Source of the DNA: Intestinimonas sp. HCP28S3_D6
Lineage (GTDB): Bacteria; Bacillota; Clostridia; Oscillospirales; Oscillospiraceae
Length of the DNA: 24,000 bases
NCBI RefSeq assembly: GCF_052065695.1
Contig: NZ_JBQHTM010000008.1
Span: forward strand, 1-24,000
Direction of reading: 5' to 3'
Position 1 is the stretch's first letter. The number at the start of each line of letters is the position of its first letter. The notes below the pieces were generated by a model, which did not search any database, was not told the DNA's origin, and was given only the letters and a program-made list of their open reading frames with translations. The translations under genes and the position numbers were made by a program. This document shows, piece after piece, positions 15,021 through 24,000 of the stretch.

Positions 15021-16847
15021 ATGAACGATTTTTATAAAATCGGACAAGTGATTGAGGTACGAGGTCAAAAACTTCGCATACGTGTTTTTGAAAACAAGAA
15101 CAGCAATATTCTGATATACCAGGGACACGTTATTAAAAATGTGTCCGTCGGCAGCTTCGTGAAGATTCCAAAAGGATTCAGCAACATCATTGGCCGCATA
15201 GAGGGTGAATACATCCAAGAAACTAAGCCCACAGGTGAGAACAATGGTCAACTTCGTTTTTCAAAAGAGAGCGAGACCATTGATCGCATTATCGAAGTTA
15301 GCATTATGGGTGTGTTGAATGATGGACGTTTTCAGAGAGGTCTCATTGACATTCCGCTGGTTTTCTCCGATGCATATATGCTTACAGACATAGAAGTGCA
15401 AAAGATTTTCGAGTTTAGCTCCGATTTAAGCACTTCTGTGTGTATTGGCTCTATTAACGATTACAAAGAAGAAAAGCTTTTCATCTCGGCAAATTCTCTT
15501 TTTGCCAGTCATATAGGAATCTTCGGAAATACCGGAAGTGGCAAATCAAATACATTGGCCAAGATATACACCGAGTGCTTTCAACGTTTTAAAGGAATGC
15601 CTGGATTCGCTAAAAGCAGATTTCTTCTTATCGATTTTAATGGAGAGTACACCCAAGCCTTTGATGACAGCAAACGAGTATATCGACTTTCAACAAGAGT
15701 TGATACAGGAGATTCAATCCCTATTCATCAATCGTTTTTGGAAGATGTGGAACTCTGGTCAATAATATGTGAGGCAACAGAAAAAACTCAGAAGCCTTTC
15801 TTAAGCAAGAGCATTGACTTATACCGCCGTTTGCGTGAGACTGACAATCTTATGGCCTATATTCGCGGGATGTTACGGAATCTGCTTCTCCGATACTATG
15901 ATGACCCTCAAATATTCTTGCGTCAACTAACAGGACTTAAGACGATTCTTACATTGCTATTTGTTGATGCCGAACCTGGAATCAGAATTTTAAATAGCAT
16001 CCAACTTCGTGCGCAGGGTACAAAATTCTACCGTACATCTGCTGAGGGTGAGCACTGGGCAAACAGCCTCGATGACTACGAACAACAATTTGTATCTGCT
16101 ATTTTGGATTCAGTGTTTATTCCGGCTAATTGCAAAGATCCGGATGAATATATGATATTTGAGTATGCTCTACGGTATAAATACTTGGATTCTTTGTGTT
16201 TGCAATATATCAACGAAGAACACGTTGGCCCACTGATCTCAAGATTTGAAAATCGTGTAAAACGAGTAAAGCGCCTTTTCAGAATATGCGAGAACCCCCC
16301 ATCTGATTGGTTAGCGGTATATTCATTGGTTGATGTTAATGTAGAATTCAAAAAGATTGTACCTTTAATTATCTGTAAGTATTTCTATGAACGCCAACGG
16401 CAGAATTTCAATGGTAGTAGTCTACATATTATCATTGATGAAGCACATAATGTCTTGTCCACGACATCTGAACGAGAAAGCCAGACATGGAAAGATTACC
16501 GCTTAGAAACTTTCGAGGAAATTATCAAAGAGGGACGAAAATTCGGAACATTCTTAACTATATCGAGCCAGCGTCCCTCTGACATCTCGGAAACCATTAT
16601 TTCTCAACTACATAACTATTTTATTCATAGATTGGTTAACAATGAAGATATACGGGCAATAGGTAAAGCTGTGGCATTCATTGACAATACTTCATATGAA
16701 ATGATCTCGGTACTCCCGCAAGGAGCATGTATCTTTACTGGTGTCGCTTCCAATTTTCCTGTTTTGGTGCAGGTCGATTTGCTACCCAAACAAAAGCAAC
16801 CACAGAGTAGCACCATAAATCTTACAGAGTTATGGAAAGAACCTTAA
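15021..16847 (+). CDS. HerA-like (DUF87/FtsK-HerA superfamily) ATPase.
   Basis: N-terminal barrel-like IGQVIEVRGQKLRIRV...GSFVKIP. Walker A GNTGSGKS (aa 169-176). Walker B HIIIDEAH (aa 469-476). Then EGRKFGTFLTISSQRPSDIS...LHNYFIHRL. It starts 20 nt after the SIR2 stop, preceded by GAGGTG. Confidence 0.9.
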   Translation: MNDFYKIGQVIEVRGQKLRIRVFENKNSNILIYQGHVIKNVSVGSFVKIPKGFSNIIGRIEGEYIQETKPTGENNGQLRFSKESETIDRIIEVSIMGVLNDGRFQRGLIDIPLVFSDAYMLTDIEVQKIFEFSSDLSTSVCIGSINDYKEEKLFISANSLFASHIGIFGNTGSGKSNTLAKIYTECFQRFKGMPGFAKSRFLLIDFNGEYTQAFDDSKRVYRLSTRVDTGDSIPIHQSFLEDVELWSIICEATEKTQKPFLSKSIDLYRRLRETDNLMAYIRGMLRNLLLRYYDDPQIFLRQLTGLKTILTLLFVDAEPGIRILNSIQLRAQGTKFYRTSAEGEHWANSLDDYEQQFVSAILDSVFIPANCKDPDEYMIFEYALRYKYLDSLCLQYINEEHVGPLISRFENRVKRVKRLFRICENPPSDWLAVYSLVDVNVEFKKIVPLIICKYFYERQRQNFNGSSLHIIIDEAHNVLSTTSERESQTWKDYRLETFEEIIKEGRKFGTFLTISSQRPSDISETIISQLHNYFIHRLVNNEDIRAIGKAVAFIDNTSYEMISVLPQGACIFTGVASNFPVLVQVDLLPKQKQPQSSTINLTELWKEP

Positions 16848-16850
16848 AAC

Positions 16851-16886
16851 CAGAGCCCACCGATCATTGTTGACCAGTGGGCTCTG
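16851..16886. terminator. Hairpin between the convergent herA and a small minus-strand gene.
   Basis: CAGAGCCCAC (16851-16860) pairs perfectly with GTGGGCTCTG (16877-16886), with a 16-nt loop. It starts 3 nt after the herA stop. The T-run is weak on the plus side; TTTT follows on the minus side. Confidence 0.45.
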
Positions 16887-16898
16887 CCATATTAATTT

Positions 16899-17144
16899 TC
16901 AATCCATCAACCGATACTCTGGTGTGCCTTTCACATACCGTTCCAAGTCGCCGCCAAGAACCAGTTGCGCATATTCCAGAGGTTTATTATAGATCAGCCA
17001 GTCCAGCTCTGACCGCTGATACATATTGTCGGCAACCTCGTTCTCCACGGCGATCGTATCAATGGTAATCATGCTGCCATCGGTAAATTTCAGTTCAACA
17101 CAGGCAGTATCCATATTGAACTCACAGGAAAACAAGCGCTCCAT
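16899..17144 (-). CDS. Small conserved hypothetical protein (81 aa) at the IME right end.
   Basis: ATG at 17144 (MERLFSCEFNMDTACVELKF...) follows GAGGTGG (17156-17150), which overlaps the stop of the rlmD tail ORF. I recall this sequence as a recurrent small protein of clostridial elements, but cannot name the family with certainty. Confidence 0.65.
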   Translation of the reverse strand: MERLFSCEFNMDTACVELKFTDGSMITIDTIAVENEVADNMYQRSELDWLIYNKPLEYAQLVLGGDLERYVKGTPEYRLMD

Positions 17145-17154
17145 ATTCGCCACC

Positions 17155-18777
17155 TCAAATCATCCCGAAGTGCTTTAATGCCTCCATAATCGCCTTTTCC
17201 TTCTCTGGCGGGCATTGGGGCTGCTTAGATTCCTCAGACTTCGGCTTGTTGTAATTCTCCCGCTCAATAATGCCGCATTTCTGCTTCACCTGTGCGATAT
17301 ACAAATTGCTTACCTTCAAACCACTATGTTCCAGTACATAATCTTTGATCTCTTGATAGGTAGCCTTTTTCTCCGCAGCCGTCAAATCCAGCTCATCCAT
17401 ATCCAGCTCAACTTCGATATGCTGCGTCGATTTTAGTTTGGACAATAAGCATACTGTCTCCACGTGGGCGGTGCGGGGGAACATGTCCACCGCCACGGCG
17501 GTCTGGGCGGCGTAGCCCAGCTCCGCAAATCGGGCCAGGTCTCGGGCCAGGGTGGCCGGGTCGCAGGAGACGTAGACCACCCGCTCGGGGGCCATCTGGG
17601 CGATGGAGGCCACCACCTCCGGGGCCAGGCCCTTCCGGGGCGGGTCCACGCAGATGACGTCCGGCCGCAGACCCTCGGCGGCCAGCCGGGCGGCGGTGTC
17701 GGCGGCGTCGCCGCAGAAGAACTCGGCGTTGGTGATGCCGTTGCGCATGGCGTTGGCCTTGGCATCCTCCACGGCGGAGGGGACGATCTCCGCCCCGATG
17801 ACCCGCCCGGCGTGGCGAGCCATGGCCAGGGAGATGGTGCCGATGCCGCAGTAGAGGTCCACCACCGTCTCGGTGCCGGTAAGCCTTGCCAGCTCCACTG
17901 CCTTGCCGTAGAGGACCTCGCACTGGTCCCGGTTCACCTGGTAGAAGGAGGGCACCGAGATGCGGAAGGTGAGGCCGCAGAGGGTGTCCTCCAGAAAGTC
18001 CTGCCCCCACAGGGTGCGCAGCTCTTTGCCCAGCACCACGTTAGTCCGCTCCTTATTCACGGACAGCACCACCCCGGCCAGCTCCGGGGCGGCGGACCGG
18101 AGGGCCTCCACCAACTCCCGCTCGTGGGGCAGCCGGTCCCCGTTGACCACCAGGCAGCACAGGGCCTGGGTCCGGGAAAAGCGGACGAAGAGATGGCGCA
18201 CCAGTCCGGCGTGGGCCTTCTCGTCATAGGCGGGGACGGCATACTCCGCCATCCACCGCCGGACGGCGTGGGCCAGGGAGGAGGCGGTCTCCGGCTGGAG
18301 GAGGCAGTCGTCCACGTTCACCACATCGTGGCTCCGGGCCCGGAAGAAGCCGATCTTGGGCCCGTCCTTCCCCGCGGCCACCGGCAGCTGCACCTTATTT
18401 CGATAACGCTGTGTATTTTCCGCCCCCAATATCACAGAAACCGCCAGGTCCAGACCCCCTACCCGGCGGATGGCGTCCTCCACCCGGCGGCGCTTGGCCT
18501 CCAGCTCGGCGGGGTAGCTCATGTGCCGGAACTGGCAGCCGCCGCACCTGGGGTACTGGGGACAGTCGGGGTCGATGCGGTCCGGGGAGGGCGTCCTGAC
18601 CCCCGCCGCCTTGCCCCAGATGGCGGAGCGGCCCACCTTTAAAATGAGGGTGTCGCACACCTCGCCGGGGAGGCCGCCGGAGACAAAGACCACCTGGCCG
18701 TCCAGATGGGCGATGCCCTCACCGTTGAGACCGATGGACTCGATGGTCAGGGGCAGAATGTCATTTTTCTTGGGCAT
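17155..18777 (-). CDS. rlmD: 23S rRNA (uracil-C5)-methyltransferase, RlmD/RumA family. The last ~100 codons are supplied by the IME.
   Basis: TRAM-like N-terminus, Cys cluster CPQYPRCGGCQFRH, SAM-binding VVDLYCGIGTISLA and VYVSCDPATLARD. ATG at 18777 lies 7 nt after GAGGTG. Codon usage switches from GC3-rich to AT-rich at about 17460. Confidence 0.9.
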   Translation of the reverse strand: MPKKNDILPLTIESIGLNGEGIAHLDGQVVFVSGGLPGEVCDTLILKVGRSAIWGKAAGVRTPSPDRIDPDCPQYPRCGGCQFRHMSYPAELEAKRRRVEDAIRRVGGLDLAVSVILGAENTQRYRNKVQLPVAAGKDGPKIGFFRARSHDVVNVDDCLLQPETASSLAHAVRRWMAEYAVPAYDEKAHAGLVRHLFVRFSRTQALCCLVVNGDRLPHERELVEALRSAAPELAGVVLSVNKERTNVVLGKELRTLWGQDFLEDTLCGLTFRISVPSFYQVNRDQCEVLYGKAVELARLTGTETVVDLYCGIGTISLAMARHAGRVIGAEIVPSAVEDAKANAMRNGITNAEFFCGDAADTAARLAAEGLRPDVICVDPPRKGLAPEVVASIAQMAPERVVYVSCDPATLARDLARFAELGYAAQTAVAVDMFPRTAHVETVCLLSKLKSTQHIEVELDMDELDLTAAEKKATYQEIKDYVLEHSGLKVSNLYIAQVKQKCGIIERENYNKPKSEESKQPQCPPEKEKAIMEALKHFGMI

Positions 18778-18792
18778 GGGGGAACACCTCAT

Positions 18793-19584
18793 TTAAGATG
18801 GGATGGGCGAGACGGCCAGCAGGTCCTGGAGGTCGGCGTAGGGGAGGGTGAACTCCAGCAGGCCGGCGGCGTAGGGGGCCAGAGTGTCGGGCTGGTAGTA
18901 GATCACCAGGCCCTGGTCGCTGAGATAGAAGTAGGTGTCGTTGAGCTCGGCCTCCAGGACCGCCCGGGAATAGCCGGCGTCAGCCCCCTTTTGCTCCAGC
19001 AGGTCCAGCACCCGGGTGCGGCCGGCGTCGGGGTCGGTGAAACAGTCGTCCAGGGCCAGCTTCTCTCCGGTGGAGAGGTCAAAGGTCTCGGAGAACTGGA
19101 AGTTGGAGGGGTGGGCCGCGCCGGTGACCGAGTTGGCGTAGTAGCTGCGAACGATGCTGACCAGGTCTTCGGTCTGGAGGGTAAGGCGGTAGCTCATGGA
19201 CTCACCGTAGGGCAGGAAGTCCTCCCCCATGGCCTGGGCCACCTCGTAGTCTCCGGCGGCGTAGCCGGCCAGCTCGGAGGCGTCGCTCAGGTAGGCCATG
19301 CCCTCGGCGGCGTAGTAGTCCTGGATCTTCTGCCAGGCGGGTACCGCACTGGCATTCTCAATGTCGGGGAACACATAGTCTACCGACATGACCACCGTGC
19401 CGTCGTCGGCGGTGAAGTCCTTGGCAAAGGTCTGGTCGGTCCACACCAGCTCCAGAGGGGCGGTCTCCTCCGGTGCCGAAAACTCCACAAGGGCAGGGGT
19501 GGGGGTGGCCTGGGGCTCTGCCGGAGCGCAGGCGGCCAGGGTGAGGACCAGGGCTGAGGCGAGCAGCAAGGGTCTAGCGCGCAT
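18793..19584 (-). CDS. Lipoprotein with a DUF4163/DUF3298-like body.
   Basis: MRARPLLLASALVLTLAAC (signal peptide plus lipobox) follows AAGGAAGG. The body contains the ...NSVTGAAHPSNF... pattern seen in DUF3298 domains. The track ORF (to 19833) is over-extended upstream. Confidence 0.75.
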   Translation of the reverse strand: MRARPLLLASALVLTLAACAPAEPQATPTPALVEFSAPEETAPLELVWTDQTFAKDFTADDGTVVMSVDYVFPDIENASAVPAWQKIQDYYAAEGMAYLSDASELAGYAAGDYEVAQAMGEDFLPYGESMSYRLTLQTEDLVSIVRSYYANSVTGAAHPSNFQFSETFDLSTGEKLALDDCFTDPDAGRTRVLDLLEQKGADAGYSRAVLEAELNDTYFYLSDQGLVIYYQPDTLAPYAAGLLEFTLPYADLQDLLAVSPIPS

Positions 19585-19802
19585 AGGGACCTTCCTTTCT
19601 GTCTTGGGGCGTGGGGCGTCGATCTGGCAACATTGTACCACAGCCCCCCGCCGCCCGGCTACCTTATTTTGAAAAAGCCCTTCCGCACAGGACGGGCCCC
19701 GGCGGCGGCGGGGGATTTGTTCACAATTTTCTCTTTTTTCTTCCGGCCGGGTATGATATACTAAACTGATTCCAGAACCAATTAGGAAAGGTGTACGATA
19801 AA

Positions 19803-22552
<2,750 letters not shown>

Positions 22553-22571
<19 letters not shown>

Positions 22572-22885
22572 CCTGCAAAGGCACCCGCGCAGCGGGGACG
22601 GCGGTCACGCCGTTCAAGCGTTTTCACCGCCAGGTGAAAACCTTGGGCCGGGGCGGATTCACTCCGCCCCGGCTGAGTGAAAGAATGGGGTTCCCGCGGG
22701 GCCTGCCCCGTGGGGAAGTGCCACTCCGAGCCGGAGTAACCCGCAAAGGCACCCGCGCAGCGGGGACGGCGGTCACGCCGTTCAAGCGTTTTCACCGCAG
22801 GTGAAAACCTTGGGCCGGGGCGGATTCACTTCGCCCCGGCTGAGTGAAAGAATGGGGTCCCCACGGGGCCTGCCCCGTGGGGGAC
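22553..22885. repeat. Tandem duplication of a 168-bp hairpin-rich unit that begins inside the last 19 nt of secA.
   Basis: Copy 1 is 22553-22720. Copy 2 is 22721 to about 22885. Both start CCACTCCGA.C.GGAGTAAC. The copies differ by a handful of substitutions and one 1-nt deletion. Each contains hairpins such as GCCGGGGCGGA-TTCAC-TCCGCCCCGGC (22647-22673). Confidence 0.85.
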
Positions 22886-22917
22886 AAGTCCCCTTTGGTC
22901 CAGAAAGGAGTACCTCT

Positions 22918-23727
22918 TTGGATATCCACGACAAGATCAGCGCCGGCGTTACCTACCTGTCGGCGGAGGCCTTTGAGCACGCCGGCGGGGTGGTCCACGG
23001 CTTCTCCACCCGGCTGGGCGGCGTGAGCACCGGCATCTATGAGAGCCTCAACCTGGGCTCCACCCGGGGCGACGACCCTGAGCACGTCCGGGAGAACTAC
23101 CGCCGGTTCTTTACCGCCGTGGGAGCTGACCTGAGCACGGTGGCCATGACCAATCAGGTCCACAGCGATGTGGTCCGGCCCGTGACCACCGCCGACATCA
23201 AGGCCGGCCTGCTGGACCCGGAGCCCTACGAGGCCGACGGCCTGGTCACCGATATCCCCGGCGTGGCCCTGGTCATCTTCAGCGCCGACTGCCTGCCCGT
23301 CCTCCTCTATGACCCGGTCCGCCGGGTCATCGCCGCCGTCCACGCCGGCTGGCGGGGCACCGCCGCCGGCATCGTGGAGCGGGCGGTGGAGAAAATGGCC
23401 TTCTACGGCTGCTGCCCGGAGGACATCCTGGCCGCCATCGGCCCCGGCATCTCCCGGTGCTGCTTCGAGACCCACGAGGATGTACCCAACGCCATGACTG
23501 CCGCCCTGGGCGTCCGGGCCACCCCCTTTCTCTCCCCCATCGAGAACGGCAAGTTCAAGGTGGACCTGAAGGGCATCAACGCCATGCGCCTGGAACGGGT
23601 CGGCCTGCGCCCGGAGCACATCTCCGTCACCGCCGACTGCACCGCCTGCCTGCCTGAAAAGTACTGGTCCCACCGGATCACCGGTGGCGTCCGGGGCAGC
23701 CAGGCCGCCGTCATTCAGCTTTTATAA
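22918..23727 (+). CDS. pgeF: YfiH/PgeF-family (DUF152) polyphenol-oxidase-like / peptidoglycan editing factor.
   Basis: HGFSTRLGGVS, NQVHSDVV, ADCLPVLLYD, HAGWRGTAAGI and IGPGISRCCFE. The TTG start at 22918 lies 7 nt after AAAGGAG. The track start at 22801 lies inside the repeat. Confidence 0.85.
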   Translation: MDIHDKISAGVTYLSAEAFEHAGGVVHGFSTRLGGVSTGIYESLNLGSTRGDDPEHVRENYRRFFTAVGADLSTVAMTNQVHSDVVRPVTTADIKAGLLDPEPYEADGLVTDIPGVALVIFSADCLPVLLYDPVRRVIAAVHAGWRGTAAGIVERAVEKMAFYGCCPEDILAAIGPGISRCCFETHEDVPNAMTAALGVRATPFLSPIENGKFKVDLKGINAMRLERVGLRPEHISVTADCTACLPEKYWSHRITGGVRGSQAAVIQLL

Positions 23728-23730
23728 CTC

Positions 23731-23775
23731 AAAAGAGCGAAAAGAGGGATATTGTTCTCCGCTTTTCGCTCTTTT
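23731..23775 (+). terminator. Rho-independent terminator after pgeF.
   Basis: Perfect 14-bp stem: AAAAGAGCGAAAAG (23731-23744) with CTTTTCGCTCTTTT (23762-23775). The T-run forms part of the 3' arm. Confidence 0.7.
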
Positions 23776-23804
23776 CCATACCTATCACTTATCAGGAGCC
23801 GCCT

Positions 23805-24000
23805 ATGAAACCATCCCGCCTGTTTGCACTGGTCCTCGCACTGGCCCTGCTCTCCGGCTGCGGCGCCCCTCCGCCGGAGGTCACCCCCACCCCCTCCCCC
23901 ACGCCCGAGACTGTGGAGGCGTCAAGCACCGTTTTTACCCTCCCCCGCACCACCGCCAGCCTCCACCCCATCCTGAGCACCGACAAGGTGAACGTGTCCC
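23805..24000 (+). CDS. Lipoprotein, 5' partial (runs off the window). It may be a solute-binding protein.
   Basis: ATG at 23805 lies 6 nt after AGGAG. The translation MKPSRLFALVLALALLSGC has a lipobox followed by a Pro/Thr-rich linker. No stop occurs before the window end, so it is absent from the ORF track. Confidence 0.6.
   Translation, partial: MKPSRLFALVLALALLSGCGAPPPEVTPTPSPTPETVEASSTVFTLPRTTASLHPILSTDKVNVS

Larger units (their letters stand above)
2376..17475. mobile_element. Integrative mobilizable element (~15.1 kb) inserted in the 3' end of rlmD.
   Basis: Flanking imperfect direct repeat TACCGTCTCCACCTG (2376-2390) / TACTGTCTCCACGTG (17461-17475). A serine recombinase gene sits at the left end, with a relaxase and primase/helicase genes internally. 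There is an abrupt switch to GC-rich DNA right of about 17460. Confidence 0.75.

Noticed and set aside
17408-18642. Several long ORFs (200 aa and 110 aa on minus in other frames, 392 aa on plus) overlapping rlmD.
   Set aside because: Their Pro/Gly/Arg-rich translations have no motifs. They are GC-driven open frames. The rlmD frame carries the TRAM, Fe-S and SAM motifs.
18706-19557. 283-aa plus-strand ORF.
   Set aside because: It is antisense to the lipoprotein gene, with a Gly/Val-rich low-complexity translation and no RBS.
22792-23673. 293-aa minus-strand ORF.
   Set aside because: It is antisense to pgeF and is a GC-rich artefact.

Overview
The window is a junction between a GC-rich Firmicutes-type chromosome (about 17.46-24.0 kb) and mobile DNA (1-17.46 kb). 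The chromosomal part carries rlmD/rumA, a DUF3298-like lipoprotein, secA, pgeF/yfiH and the start of another lipoprotein. Oscillospirales-like is only a guess for the host.

An integrative mobilizable element (IME) of about 15.1 kb (2376-17475) sits in the 3' end of rlmD. It is bounded by a 15-nt imperfect direct repeat (13/15 identical, with an identical core GTCTCCAC). The displaced native-type gene end (...QVETVIVLR*) is still readable at the left junction. The element supplies a replacement tail of about 100 codons at the right junction.

The IME backbone encodes a large serine recombinase, a MobV relaxase, a D5/P4-type NTPase, a CHC2 primase, and an HTH-XRE-sigma70 regulatory module.

The IME cargo is a visibly AT-rich, tightly spaced four-gene operon (9869-16847):
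- a SieB-like membrane protein;
- a 1077-aa type IIG/PglX-like N6-adenine methyltransferase, with an MmeI-like D...ExK N-terminus and a type-ISP-like C-terminus;
- a SIR2 protein;
- a HerA ATPase.

SIR2-HerA is a known anti-phage pair. Its operonic coupling to a fused nuclease/methyltransferase and an exclusion-type membrane protein is the best candidate for an undescribed composite system in this window.

Left of the IME (1-2375) lies a decayed second element. It holds a sigma-like N-terminus and a serine-recombinase C-terminus that look joined by a deletion, an AT-rich orphan gene of 275 aa, and three 28/29-bp tandem repeats.

On the chromosome, a 168-bp unit that includes the last 19 nt of secA is tandemly duplicated and is packed with GC hairpins.

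All family assignments come from motif recognition by eye. No searches were run.
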